A DNA stretch of 64,000 nucleotides from Azolla caroliniana (GCA_043228905.1 JBHGNT010000007.1:18910001-18974000), one strand, 5' to 3'. Positions 11,101 to 24,905 are shown, counted from the stretch's first letter. Program-made: numbers and translations. Notes: generated from the letters alone by a model not told the origin.

Positions 11101-13258
11101 GGTCAAGCTCTTGACCCTTAGACCATACATTGTAATACGTAGAATATTATTTTCATTTATATTTTATTATAGAAAATAGATGTATATTCTAGATTTCTTT
11201 GGAACATTCTAGAAACTTCAAGAGTACTCCTGAGAACACTATAAAAGGAGGCACAAGGCATTATTTCGAACCAAACGGTTCAACGCTAGTCTTAAGCCTC
11301 CAAGCTACTATTGTATACTCTCTTCACATAATATATATCTTTTATCATCGTTCTCTCAGCCTCTCTTTTTCTCTCTCTCTCTCTCTCTACAACCAAACCA
11401 CATATGCTCCTGTATTGGCTGAAGTTGCGTTGAGGCCTGAGAGAAGGCCATTGAAATATCCATTGTCATTGTCTTCGCCCCATATATTGAGTGTAACTGC
11501 TTAAGTCGATCCACTTCTTGCATCGGCTGAAAATGAATCCAAGATCCTACTGATGCTACTAGCCCATTGTCAAGTTTTCCCCATGCAAGATGAGGTCTAA
11601 GGCCTAATACATTTCTAATAGAATCCCGGACGAGAGAATTAGCCAAAAGCGGTTGATTCATCCAACCATCCCACGTGTTAGGCATCTCCTTGTGTAAAAA
11701 AATCTTGATTACATCCCATGCTCCAATGATTCCAAGTAGAAATCTATTGGATGTTAGATTCCATCTTGGTGTCTGTATATCTGTCAAGAACATCCATTTC
11801 AAAGAAGGCAACCCGTTTCCTCCCATCTTGGGAGATAATTGCATCAGTTGATTGAGCAACATACTCTTCCATGCCTTTGTCCCTGCAACAGTCATGTGAC
11901 TACAAACTTTGTCAAGAGAGCTCGAGATTGTATCAAGGGATCTATTAGAGCCAACCCTCCTTTACTTTTTGGCCTAATCAAAACATCCCATGCCACCTTG
12001 GCCAATACATGAGACCCATTTTTTCCACCCCAAAGGAAGTTACGTATGAGGCTTTGAACTTTCATGATTGCTGACCTAGAGAACAACCAAGCAGATGCGA
12101 TAAACCACATTGAGGCCAACAACACCGAATTTGCAATGACAACCCGACCTGCAAGGGATAACTGCTGCGAGTCCCAATATACCAATTTACGCTTAATTGA
12201 TAATAGTAATGGTGATAGCATCACTTCAGATGGTAAATCTATACCAACAAGACAGCCTAAGTAACGAATGGGCTCCCCATGATTTAGCCAACGGAATGTA
12301 GGGCGTGGATACCATTTTGGACGCGGTTCATCTCTGGCCCAACGGCCTACAGATTTATTCCAATTGAGAGAGGCTCCAGTAGCATCTGAAAATATTTATA
12401 AAGCATTATGTACCTGATCAAGATTAACAACATCTCTGCAAATATAAAGAGCAGTGTCATCCGCAAACTCAACATAAAAAACTATCGAGTTTGCAATAGG
12501 TAAGGCTATTGCTTGGATGGCCACCATTGAGGATCTAAGAAAAGATGATAGAGCTTCCCCAAATAAAATGAAAAGAAATGGTGCTAACGGAAAACCTTGT
12601 CGAACAGCTCTGGAAATTGGAAATAATGTACCATTGCCTCCAGAAAATAGAATTGAGCTAGAAGCATGTCTATATAAATCAGACACACCTTTTATTTGTT
12701 AATGGGTGGGGGGTTCTAGGCTTCACCCCCCTCCCAAGGGGGTTACGTGTGAGGGAAAGAGAGAAGTAAAGAAAAATAGAGAATGACACAAAAATGTGAG
12801 AGGGAAAAAAAGTCTTTTCATTACATGCCCATAAGGGGTTTATATATAATACATCTAATGTAACGGTTACATGACCATTATAAATAAGATCGTTACAAAT
12901 TCTTGTACACATGCACATAATTGTGCATGTGTCCATACACATTCTCATCCTTACACACTCATTTACTTTACACATACACATAAACCACATCATTACACCT
13001 ACCCTTATGCCTCCCCATATATTCTTATGGGTAACACATGGCACACCTATGGGACAGTGCATTGTCCGGTGAACCCACTCACCATGGCAACTCTTCTTGA
13101 TTGGAACTCCATCGGTCGTCTCAACGGTTGGAAATCCCTCAACCGGATCACTGCTCTAAGATCAATAACTTCGATTGGAGCTTTGATTGACTCGAACCTT
13201 CTCGTTTGGTCAGCACAAGTCACGATTGGAGTGGCTAAAATAAGGAATATTGGAGTGG

Positions 13259-13788
13259 CTAGTTGAGTGTTATCCAATGCTTTGCTCTATCTCCAAAGGC
13301 AAAAAAGCATGCTTTTGCGTATAGTGCAAAGTAGTCTACAATGCCTACACTAAGCCAACCACCAATAACATCATGAAGACCTTGGGGAAAATCCCAATGG
13401 TATAGGGTAGCAAAAGGTTTGATGCCTTTCTCTAGTAAAGCATCATAGTATGCTATGCCTTGCTCATTTATAGGTTCACCATGTCCATCTAGGAAAATGT
13501 GAGACCATGAGATAGAAAAACGATAAACATCGAAACCCATCTATGACAACAAATCCACATCTTGCTTGTACCAATGATACTGATCACATGAAATGTCTTC
13601 GTTCTCTTATCAACGATCTTGCCTATGTAGCGAGTGAAAGTATCCCGGATGCTAGATCCTCGACCTCCTATTGCTGCTCCCTCTACTTGATAGGACGAGG
13701 CACTTGCACCAAAGACAAATCGCTGTAGAATATCAAACTTTGGAAGCTCTTTCCCGCCTTCGCCATAAAAGGCAAAGAATTCTTGCAC
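13259..13788 (-). pseudogene. Intronless (processed) glycoside hydrolase family 1 / beta-glucosidase N-terminal fragment
   Basis: FVFGASASSYQVEGA, GRGSSI.DTFT, YKQDVDLL, YRFSISWS.IF, GIKPFATLYHWD.PQ.L, FGDR.KHWITLN; frameshifts and a stop; it ends at TLN just before the catalytic NEP glutamate. Confidence 0.9.
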
Positions 13789-13844
13789 TAGAGAAGAATA
13801 TTGTCAGCTATTGAAACATAAGAGGAGCTTCAGGAGGTGCCATT

Positions 13845-16800
13845 TGTCGAATACGAGTGTATAATGGCCGTATTCACACTGTCCCTTTGGACAACCCAAG
13901 TTTGGGCTATTTCTGTAAATAGCATAAAGGGCAGTTGCCCTAGGACAGTCACTATATAAAGTGACCTTGTAACCTTTAGTTGTTGTTGTTGCTATTGGAA
14001 TAAAACGTCTTCTCTGTGCCTCTCTCTCTCTCTCTCTCTTTGTGTGTGTGTGTCTATCTTGCTTATGCGCATACACAGATTCCTTCATCACGAATGTTGC
14101 CTGCACTTCCGCATTGACGGTCTTGTTCCCCAACATTTGGTATCAAAGCGTTGGAGGTTCTTCAACCCGCTGCCGGCCGTCATAGTACACCACACAACAT
14201 TCTGTTTTCGTTTTCTTTGAAGAACAAAGAAGGGAGAAGAAAAAGAAAAAGCTCGCATCTCACTGTGTTAAATCACAAATTGGAGTAAGCCAGCCGATTG
14301 TACTCTGTTCATGTGATTGTAACAGCTTGAGGGGAGCTCCTTGTGCAACAACCGACCCAATCGTGCTTCGTTCGGTTAAACAACATCCGAATAGGTCACC
14401 AGACGCTATTCATCAGATGCAGATTGGTCTCCAGGCAACAACCAAATTCGTGCTTCACTCGGCTGATCAACATTTGGGAGGATCAGTTGGATCCGTCCCT
14501 GTCATCGTTGCAGTCATCCGAAGCAGAATTGGCCCAAACAATCGGTTTCATGCAATCAGTATTCGGCATACGATCGGGAGCTAACCGGGCTCACTCCAAA
14601 GTCACAAGCGCAATCCTGACTGAAGCAGCTCGAAGAAAGTCTTTCGCCAAAGACCCATCAGATGAAGCTTATGTAGTACAAGGTTCGATTGACCGATCGA
14701 ACAACCGGGGAAGAAGTTCTTCCTGATCGCCGAACAATCAACGAAGCCGGAGCAAGTTTCGGGACAACCGAATCTACAACTACTGCAAGAAACCAGGACA
14801 CATCAAAGCTAATTGCCGGGCATTCAAAGCAAAAACCGACAAAGCTCAGAGAGCGGATCAGAAGAGTAGCTGGCATGAGGAGGTCAACTACGTCGGCTCT
14901 TCAGCCGAAATTTTGATGACCGACCCGAACATATTGTCCATAGAGAACCTAGTCGAATCAGAATTTCTGCTTACGACTGAGGAATCGAGTACATGGCTCC
15001 TAGACTCGGGTGCATCGTATCATGTGACACCTCACCGATCTTAGTTTCGGCAATACTCGGACTGGCACTCCAACTCAGTTTGAGTCGGAAACTCACAGCA
15101 CTGTGCTATAATCGGAATCGGCACCGTCGAGCTCAACCTTCTGGGTGGCTCTACACTCATACTACACAATGTCCGCCACGTTCTTGAGCTTTCAAAACCC
15201 TTGATCTCAGTCGGACAACTTGATGAAGCCGGCATCTGTGTCGGGTTCTCATCAGGAGGGTGGACACTCCACAAAGGGAACCTCCTGCTTGCTCGAGAAC
15301 CAAAGGTACACTCTTTGTACCCTTTATATGTCACACTCAAAGAGGGTGACTTATTTCTGGTTGATATCACCGTGTCATCGTTATGGCACGGACGACTTGG
15401 ACACCTCAACAAGGCCGACATAATGCACCTATCCAGAGCTGGTTACATCCCCAAACTCTCCTTCTCGGATCACCAATTCTGCGAGCATTGCTAGTACGAC
15501 AAACAAGTAGCCGCATCACACCCAACATCAACACCAAGAGAATCGAGTCCCCTCGATTTGGTCCACTCAAACGTCTGTGGCCCGATGCCACATCAGTCTC
15601 TCGGAGGTGCTTCGTACTTCGTCAGTTTTATTGAAGACTCGACTTGGAAGGTGTGGGCTTACCAAATCAGAACCAAAGATCGAGAAAATCAGACCGGTCG
15701 GAAACTGAAATGTCTTCGAACCGACAACAGAGGGGAATTCAAGTCTCAAGAATTCGTCAAATTTTTCCGGGAACGCGGCATTCGACGTGAATATACGGCA
15801 CCTTATAGTCCGGAGTAGAATGGAATTGCAGAACGCATGAATCAGACGATTCAAGAGTGCGTAGTATCCATGCTCCAACACTCCGGACTGTCGAATGGCT
15901 TCTGGGCAGAAGCTCTACTTACGGCAGTACACATAATCAATATGTCGCCAAGTAGACCTCTAGGACTTCAAATACCTCGGGAAATATGGACCGGCAGTAA
16001 GCCGAATAATGACAAGTTGAGGATCTTCGATTGCGAGGCATACGCCCTCATACCGAAAGACGATCACCGGAAACTCGTACCAAGATCAAGGAAATGCGTT
16101 TTCCTTGGGTATGGACCCGACGGCGAGATTGGATACCGACTCTGGGACCCCGAGCAAAGATAAATCGTCCGAAGTTCGGACGTCGTGTTCAATGAGTCGG
16201 CTATGCATAAAACGGTCGAAAGGCCTATTGAAGTCCGAAGGGTAATATTTTCGGAAGTGCCAACGCTTCATGATGGCCCAACCCACAACACGAGATCGGT
16301 TTCACGGGTAACCGAAAACTCTCGCACAGAATCCACCGATTCGGCACAACCGAATGGCTCGGCTTCCGACCATCCAACATCGACACCCGGTGCGACTAGT
16401 CCAGTCATACGTCACAGATCCGAGAGATTGTCGCAACCTCCGGAAAGGTACTCTCCCGGAATTTTCTTTACTGATGCTGGTGAACCGACGCCTTATGAAG
16501 AAGCATCGACATCTGCCGATTCAGCCACATGGCATCTGGCGATGGAGTCGGAAATGCACTCCATTCGGGCAAACAAGACTTGGGACTTGGTCGAATTACC
16601 GAAGAATCGACGTGCTCTTCCGTGCAAGTGGGTCTATCGATTGAAAGAGAAGTCTGACTCGACCAACCCAAAGTACAAGGCCAGATTAGTTGCGAAGGGA
16701 TTTCAACAAGAATATGGCGTCGACTTCGACGAAATGTTTTCACCAGTGGTGAAAATGACAACCCTTCGTTTCATGCTCGGCGTCGTGGCCGCCGACAACT

Positions 16801-19158
16801 TGGAGCTGATTCAGGTAGATGTAAAAACGGCATTCCTCCACGGTGACCTACAAGAGGAAATCTATATGGAGCAGCCGAAAGGCTTTGTGGCATCCGGCCA
16901 GGAACATCTAGTCTACCGACTCAGGAAGAGTCTCTACGGCCTGAAATAGGCACTCCGATAGTGGTACAAGAAGTTCGACGACTTCAACCAATCGGTCGGC
17001 TTCTCAAAGAGCGATGAGGACCACTGTCTCTTCACCAAAACAGCTCAAGACGGGTCTCCCGTCTTCCTCATCATCTACGTGGATGACATGCTACTCTCCG
17101 GTCGGCATGCCGGAGAGCTCACCGAACTCGTTCGGAAACTACGCTTGAAGTTTGCCATGAAGGACCTCAGTCCGGCAAGACATATACTTGGTATGAAGAT
17201 TAGTCGGCATTGCGATACACGACAAGTTTTCTTGTCTCAAACCGACTACATCGGACGTGTCTTAGAACGCTTCAACATGCACTCGGCCAAGTCTGCTTTG
17301 ACCCCACTCCCCATTAACCTTCGGCTGTCTCAGCGAGACTGCCCGACATCCCGTCCGAAGGGGGAAGATATGAAGTCGGTACCGTATTGTTAGGAAACAG
17401 GTCCCTTCGGATGGGAAGTGAGAAGAATAGTGCTGATGAGCAACTTAAGACCCGGTGGAGTACCGGATGTGGAGTACCCGGCAACGGAAGGCTCGGTGAG
17501 AACCGGATGACGAGTACCCGACAATGGAAGACCCAGTGAGAACCGGATGTGGAGTACCCGGCAACGGAAGACCTAGTGAGAACCGGATGACGAGTACCCG
17601 ACAAGGAAGACCCGGTGAGAACCGGATGTTGCAGGCCCAGTGAGTACCTCTCATCGGATGGAAGGGACATATATGTAAATATGTTCCAGAGAGCCCACTA
17701 GGGCTATATTTGTAAATAGCCCGAAATTCATATTAGTATAAATATGACCTAGGGCAAACTTAATAGTAATGATGATAGAGTTATTGGTGTAACCTCTGTA
17801 CAGTGCGTAAGAGAGAGAGAGAGAGCAATATACAGAGATTGTGTCTCTGTTGTAACCGCCGCTAGGCGAAGATTGTGAGCAAGAGGTCATTGCCTCTGTG
17901 CTCCCTGTTGTATTACTTTACAGAGTGATAGTTTGGAGTCTGTGGACTCCCGTGGTTTTTCCTTCTCAGGGTTTTCCACGTTAATATCCTGTGTATTCTC
18001 TTTCTGTTTTGTGTACTTACCTCCATTCCCATTTTGTCTATGTTTTGATTGTCATCAAGTGATCTACGCTTCGGTTGTGGCCGGAGATTAATCCGTGTAT
18101 TCCACGTCATGTATGCACTGGCAACCGGCTCCCTTATGTACGCGATGGTTGCGACACGACCTGATATCTCTCACGCCGTAGGAGTCGTCAGCAGATTCAT
18201 GCACAACCCATGCCGATCACACTGGAACGCAGTCAAGCATGTGTTCAGATATCTAGCTGGCACAAAAGACCACGACATTCTTTTCGGCCCGAATTCAACC
18301 TCAAGCGTAGTCGGTTACACCGACTCGGACTTCGCCAGCTATGTGGATTGTCGGAAATCAACAATTGGATACTGTTTCAAATTGAGCAATGGAGCAATCT
18401 CGTGGGAGTCGAAACTTTAGGAGTGCACAACCACCTCAACGACCGAAGCGGAATATGTAGCTGTGTCCGACGCGGCAAAAGAAGCTTTATGGCTCGGTCG
18501 GCTTGCGCACACGTTTCGACAGGTCGACTCCGACTCGGCTCTAGTTGTCTACAACGACAGTCAGGGTGTTGTTGCTTTGTCAAAGAATCTGGTTCACCAC
18601 AACGCCTCCAAGCATATCGACGTTCGATATCACTTCGTTCAGGACTGCGTCATTTCAGGGAAAATCGGTCTAGAGAAGATATCCACAACCGATAATGTCG
18701 TAGATGGAATGACCAAGTGTCTTTCAGCGAATCGCTTCCGGTCCCTTCGGCATCAGATGGGGGTAACGAAAAATCGGTCTGGTTAAAGTAGGACACATAG
18801 CACAGGATGGTTTCGGACCACCGACATCGGTTCTTTGAGGATCAGCTTTAGCTCTTTCGACCTAACCGGTTCGGTCTTCTGTCTTCGGATCTTGCTGACT
18901 CTAACAAAACCGATCTGTCTGATAAACCTTGTATATACCTGTAACTTTTTAGATAACCCATGTATACGCCCATTACGGGGGAGTGTCGAATACGAGTGTA
19001 TAATGGCCGTATTCACAATGTCCCTTTGGACAACCCAAGTTTGGGCTATTTCTGTAAATAGCATAAAGGACAGTTGCCCTAGGACAGTCACTATATAAAG
19101 TGACCTTGTAACCTTTAGTTGTTGTTGTTGATATTGGAATAAAACATCTTCTCTGTGC

Positions 19159-19226
<68 letters not shown>

Positions 19227-19308
19227 CTATCTTGCTCATGCGCATACACAGATTCCTTCATCACAAATGTTGCCTGCACTTCCGCATTGACGGCCTTGTT
19301 CCCCAACA
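13845..19308 (+). mobile_element. Ty1/copia element, structurally complete but decayed
   Basis: LTRs 13845-14135 and 18984-19308, TSD CCATT/CCATT, PBS TGGTATCAAAGC (14138), PPT GGGGGAG; zinc knuckle, WLLDSGAS, integrase, RT (KARLVAKG, DVKTAFLHG, YVDDML) and RNase H (KHIDVRYHF) remnants with stop codons. Confidence 0.95.
17388..18109 (+). mobile_element. Solo LTR, family S copy 2, with 39-40 bp tandem repeats
   Basis: TGTTA..CGTCA ends, TSD CGTAT/TGTAT; homologous to 7381-8189; inserted in the copia RT-RH region. Confidence 0.88.
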
Positions 19309-19536
19309 CCATTAGCTAGTCAATTTTGACGAGGGAAGAAAATAGATTGTTATGTAATCAGTTGAGGCAAACACAGAAACGGGAGAGACGGAGAGTTCTT
19401 CTCAGAACTCTCCAAGGGGGGGTCGGGTGTTCAAGCCTCCATGGCTAGTGTTGCAGAAGGTGGCTTTCCTGCCATAGCTCGCATAAGGTTTTGGGGCAGA
19501 GAGACATAGAGAGGGAGAGAGAGACTTCTTCTAAAG

Positions 19537-19729
19537 CCCAGATGGATGTAGCTCAGTTGGTAAGGTTGCCCAATGGAGAGTAGGTGGTCATGGGTTCAAC
19601 CCCTACATCCCACAATGGCATCTAGTGAATCAAGAGATACATATGAAGTATATAATAGAGAGAAGTGAGAAAATTGAGTTTCGAGCTTAACAACTTACCA
19701 CTAGGGTAAGCTAATTATGAGAAAAAAAA
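19537..19729 (+). mobile_element. tRNA-derived SINE, about 190 bp
   Basis: A-box TAGCTCAGTTGG, B-box GGTTCAACCCC, acceptor-like stem GGATGTA/TACATCC (19544-19610), short A tail, 16-bp TSD GAGACTTCTTCTAAAG at 19521-19536 and 19730-19745. Confidence 0.85.
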
Positions 19730-22700
19730 GAGACTTCTTCTAAAGGGATAGAGAGGGACTTCCTCTCAAGGGAGGGTCGGCCGTTCAGGCGTGCCAGTGT
19801 TAATGGCTTCACCCCCCTCCCAAGGGGGTTACGTGTTTAGAAGAATAGAGAGGGACTTCCTCTCAAGGGAGGGTCGGCCGTTCAAGCGTGTCAGTGTTAA
19901 TAGCTTCACCCCCCCTCCCAAGGGGGTTACGTGTGAGGGAAAGAGAGAAGTAAAGGAAAATAGAGAATGACACAAAAATGTGAGAGGGGAAAAAATTTAT
20001 TTTCATTACATATGCCCATAAGGGGTTTATATAATACATCTAATGTAACGGTTACATGACTGTTATAAATAAGACCGTTACACATTCTTGTACACATGCA
20101 CATAATTGTGCATGTGTCCATACACATACTCATCCTCACACACTCATTTACTTTATACATACATATCAACCACATCATTACACCTACCCTTATGCCTTCC
20201 TATATATTCTTATGGGTAACATTATCCATGCACTTGGAAACCCTAATCTTAAGAGAATTGCCTCCAAAAAATCCCAATCTACTTTATCATATGCTTTCTC
20301 AAAATCTAATAATAGTATAGCAAGGGCCAATGCAATCATCTCCCAAAAAAGGAAGATATTGTCAAAGATGTTTCTGTCTTGAAGGAATCCTGATTGTGTA
20401 TCATGTATAATCGAGGGAAACAACGGTCACATTCTATTAGCTATAGTCTTTGCTACTATTTTATAGATGTTATTAAGCAAAGTTATTGGACGCCATTTTG
20501 ATATTTCATTACATTGAGCATCTAATTTCGGAATCATGTATATGATTCCTTCCGTCCATTCATCGGGCATATTCCCTGTTGAGAAAATTAAATTAACTGC
20601 TCTAGTAAGAATAGGCCCCAACAAGTCCCAGTAATGCAAATAGAATACCACTCCTATGGCATCCTTTCCAGGACACACATATTTACCCAAGGATTTAGCC
20701 GTTGTCTAGACTTCAGTGTCTGTAAAATGGTTGAAGCAACTGGGAAGTCATTACATGAGTGGCCTTCTGTTGTATAGTTTCTAATACAAGCTGTCTCTTA
20801 TTAAAATCTTCCTCTGAGAAGGATTTAGCAGATAACAACTTATGGTAATATGACGTAGCTATGTCCCGCATCTCAGAATCATCCGTTGTGTAAGAGCCAT
20901 CAAGTCATTTTAGGGTTTTGATAGATAATGTTTTATACTTCTGTTTAAATTGATTGAAGAACTCTTTGTTAAACCTATCCTACTTTTGTGACCAAGAAGC
21001 TGTATTACATTGGTAGAAATACAAGCCTCTCGCATGTTTCTTTTCTTTTAAATTGCTTTTTACTTGTTGTAAATCCAAGAGCAACATAGGTGAGGTTGGG
21101 TATTTTTCCAATAACTTTTGTGTCGCAGCCAATGCTCGACCCTAATTAGCTATATGTGCATTGCATCGATCAACTGAAGAGGCAACTATGTTTATGAAGA
21201 AGCTCTTGACATCAAGGATGGCATAAGTGATATCTCTGAGCAGAAAGGCATCAGAGAAGCTATACTTAGACCAGATTTGAGCTATAGAAACTCTATGAAT
21301 TTCATCAGCAAGCAATGAGGTCGGGATACATAATTTCTTAAGATAGGATCTTTTGGTGAATACAATGTTTAACTTCAATGGATAATGATCAGAAGTTACT
21401 ATCCCAGCAATAATCCTCATAGATCCAAAAGCTTCCCAAAAAAAGCTACTAGCATAGAACCTATCCAATTGTGCCAAATTAGCTGCAACCACACTACTAT
21501 TTGACCGGGAGAAATGAAGAGAGCCTTGCATTCGAGAAATGGAGTGAATATTCCATAGATCCAATAAACCAAAAGAGAAATAGAAGGAATCCCAAGCTCT
21601 AGCTTCTCGGCCTGTAATTGTATTGATTGAGCCTCCCCTTCTATCAGATGCTTCTTCAGTCATGTTAAAGTCACCACCCACAAGCCAAGAATCCACTAAT
21701 CCGGCGTATTCAAAAAGAGAAATCCAAAAGGAAGCTCTTTCTGGGGCTGAGTTAGAAGCATATAGATTTATAATATCAGTCTTTTGAGGTCCTATTTCAA
21801 GAATAAGAAACTGTGCCCTTTTATTCAAAATAGTACCTGCTGAGACTATGATGGATGCCCAATGTTCTTTAATAGCCATACATAAACCAACTTGTCTACT
21901 ATTTGGACCTATCATTGGGACCCAAAAATGTATCCATCTCCCTTGTAGGATGGAACCATAACTCCGTATCCTATCAACAGACAAGTGATGCTCTTGCAAA
22001 AAAAGAATATCAATTGCACCAACATTAGGTGTATCTAAATTTGCTCGTATAAGTCCTTTAAATCTAGGAAAGGCCTGACCCCCCGGGCCTTGCACGTTCC
22101 AGGAAAGGATATTTAACTTGTCCATACTACATATGATTTGAAGATGTCCATTTCTCAAGGAGAATATCCTGACGATTCTTCTTAGCGCCCTCTTGAGCGC
22201 GGATTTGTCGTTTTGTTAGCAAGTCCTTCCCTGCATACTTATGAACCCTATGCTCTTTGATAACCTTATCCAACTCCTGGCCTATTGCCATATCCTTTGA
22301 GGATGATCCAAACTTGAAACCATTGGCCTCTTTCTCTGTCAATAACAATTCTACTTCCATTCTTTCCATTTTCTCATAAAGAGTTTTTCCTTTGTTATTA
22401 TTAGTTGTAGGTGTAGGTGCAGTTTCCTCCAATCGTTGGATATTGACATCCACCATCTTCTGTTGCCCTTGTAACTCTAGCTTTCCTTGATGAGCTATTT
22501 CAATCTCCATGTCATCTTCCTTCTGTTTCAATTTATCTGGCGAGATTGTTTTGGTAGGTGACTGACCCTCTATCAACCGAGAAGATGACTTAGAAGGCAT
22601 TGTTGTCATTGGGGGACATGTATCAGTCTTCAATGAGATCAATGAACCTATCACAAGTGGCACTTGAGGATCCTCACCATCTACTTGAAGCGTTGTATAT

Positions 22701-23630
22701 TTATTATGAAGGGGAGGAAATTCCTAAAAGTTATTAGGTTGTACTTGTTGAATTTTACTTGGTCGAGATGTTTTCCTATTCCCTACTATAGTCCATCCTT
22801 CAGATGAGGCCTTATATGGAATAATGGCCATAGAGGGCTCCACTATATGAGAGGCATTTTGAAACTTAGGAAAATGTTTGGCCAAATGGCCAAACCCGAA
22901 ACACCGAAAACATTGATTAGGTAGACCTCAGTACATGATTTTCTGAGAATACGGAAACTGCGTTGAGTCCAACAAATTGGGCAACAAAATGTGAGACGGC
23001 AATACCATAGCCTTAGAAACCAGAATCTTAGCCGACATCGCACCTAACATTTTGTCTCCTATTTTTCGTGGCTTATCATATACCTCTAATACTGTACCAA
23101 TTGTAGCAGCAATTAATGCGATAGAAGTTGTCCATTCTTTACGGAACTTCGGAAGAACCACCATACATGTATAAAGAGGGTCAAGTTCATGGAGTACCTG
23201 GTTTGCCGAGAAATTGTGGATCCATTTGTGAAAAGAAACCCATCCTCCCTTGACTGTGATAACTTTCCTTTCTAACATAAATGGCACCGTTCGATCTAAT
23301 TCAAACTTGAGTTGATAGTAGTTCCTTCCTAACATTTGCACATCCACAATGTTGTCAACATCCTGTTTTAACGCAGCTTGTAACAATAAACGCAAATCAG
23401 CACGTGACAGATGAATCCCCAACACACGTGTAATGATCGTTCGCCTTTCCATCACTTGAATCTCTTGCAAAATATGAATCCTATCTTGGTCTGATAACAT
23501 GAGTTCAACCACATTGTCCGAAATAGGAGTTGCATCTGGGTTAGCTACACTGGAGCCCCGATAAAGCTGATCACGACCTTGTGGTGAGTGTTCCTGTCTT
23601 TAACCTGCATCAATGTTCATCGAACCATCA

Positions 23631-24106
23631 CCTACAACCCCATTAAGCAAAGTTCTTCCTACATCTGATTTCGTGCTATCTCTTCCAATCCTAGCCTTTC
23701 CTTCAGAAGATGATCCCTCCGACGACCTTGACGCGACAACCTTAACAGTTGGAATTGCCTATCCACTTGGTGCTAGAGTAACAAGTGAATATGTAGGCAT
23801 CACCATTGTCTTATTACCCTGTTCGCATGTTGTCAGATTAGCCATACATGTGGCGGTTGTTCTAGTAACCTACAACCCCATTAAGCAAAGTTCTTGCTAC
23901 ATCTGATTTCTTGCTATCTCTTCCAATCCTAGCCTTTCCTTCAGAAGATGATCCCTCCGGCGACCTTGACGTGACAACCTTAGTAGCTAGAATTGCATGT
24001 CCACTTGGTGCTAGAGTAACAAGTGAATATGCAGGCATCACCATTGTCTTATTCCCCTGTCCGCATGTTGTCAGATCAGCCATACATGTGGCGGTTGTTC
24101 CAATAA
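23631..24106. repeat. 238-bp tandem duplication in the LINE ORF1 region
   Basis: Units start at 23631 and 23869 (CCTACAACCCCATTAAGCAAAG..). Confidence 0.85.
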
Positions 24107-24905
24107 CCGCAACAAATGAAGGCACAGATTCATGGGGAGAGGAAAGTAAGGGAGCGTGAGAAGAGGAAGGTAAGGAAGCATGATGGGAGGTAGCTGAGGT
24201 GTGAGGCAGACTTGCGTGTACGCCTGCAGAGGCAACCGCAAGAGCGGTGGCATCCTTAATCGTATGCGCTGACGTAGAGGCAAGTGTGATACAACGATTC
24301 ATCTGTGAAAGTCCCGCCTATCGTTTTTTGTTACTATGAGATATGTGTCAACAAGGGAAACCATGTATATGTATGATGCAACACTTTATCGAGAAAAAAG
24401 GATTGGTGCATGTGAAAACTAGGATTAACATCATGGTGGTAATCGTTCAATATTGTATAATTGTATATATATCTATGGGTAATTGGCAAATTATGTGTGC
24501 GTATGTGAATGCATTTAAATGTGTGTGCATGGATGTGAGTATGTGTATGCTTGTTGATGCATAAATGTGTATGTGTGTGTGTTCATTGATTTTCTATGTG
24601 TTTTGTACGCAATATAAGCCCTACTTGTAAGTTACATACTTGTGGGTAGCCTGTGTGTTTCCAAATCGGGGAGGAGGAGAGCTCAATGTTGCTCTATTGT
24701 TCTGTTGAATGGTAGGAGAGGAAAGGGCATATGAAAAGGGGGATTATGAATCCCCCATTTCTGACATATATATTTTTAAAAGAAATTTGTGACACATCTA
24801 TATGCAATGTGTTCTATGCGGAAATGGTGCATTTTTTTAATAGGCATCACTAAACGACACATGTTTTTTGCATCGTTGAGCGATGCATTTTCGTAAACAA
24901 TGATA

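Larger units (their letters stand above)
5138..11388 (+). mobile_element. Ty3/gypsy chromovirus (Tcn1/Tf1-like), family A copy 1, degraded
   Basis: 5' LTR 5138-5566; 3' LTR from 11056 after the PPT AGAGGGGGGATAG, truncated near 11388. Gag with CLYC knuckle (5726-6865), PR LLDSGA, RT YLDD, RH, integrase and C-terminal chromodomain (EYEV..ILD..YLVDWLGY..SWEP) in 9834-11063. Many stop codons. Confidence 0.93.
12697..20221 (+). mobile_element. Non-autonomous LTR element (about 1.9 kb without nested inserts) carrying a GH1 fragment
   Basis: Direct repeats 12697-13036 and 19895-20221 with TGTTA..TAACA ends; TSD TTATT/TTATC inside the LINE RT; PBS-like TGGCACACCTATGGGAC after the left LTR; no gag/pol recognisable. 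Confidence 0.75.
1..24325 (-). mobile_element. Degraded L1-clade LINE in four pieces (1-831, 4854-5137, 11389-12696, 20222-24325) interrupted by three LTR insertions
   Basis: ORF1-like 22928-24302; endonuclease motifs SWNVQG, LQEHHL, GGDFN, LDRFY, SDHYP (21142-22158); RT motifs WRPITLLN, DFEKAYDKVDW, VRQGFPLAP, FADD (20190-20690, 12396-12686); VAW..PK..GGL (11892-12224); C-terminal zf-RVT CSYC..H..C read by hand near 500-580. The RT sequence resumes across the 12697-20221 insertion (FPSAWI|KGVSDLY). Confidence 0.88.

Noticed and set aside
19150-19225. Long (CT)n/(GA)n microsatellites here and in other LTRs
   Set aside because: Ordinary slippage tracts within LTRs.
19544-19611. Functional tRNA gene
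   Set aside because: No pairable anticodon arm, and it has a body, A tail and TSD typical of a SINE.
19745-19935. Extra partial LTR start suggesting a third LTR
   Set aside because: Explained by a local tandem duplication of about 97 bp spanning the internal/LTR boundary.
24329-24794. Possible solo LTR (TGTTA..TGACA, TG-rich)
   Set aside because: No TSD and an ambiguous right end; no clear second copy in the window.
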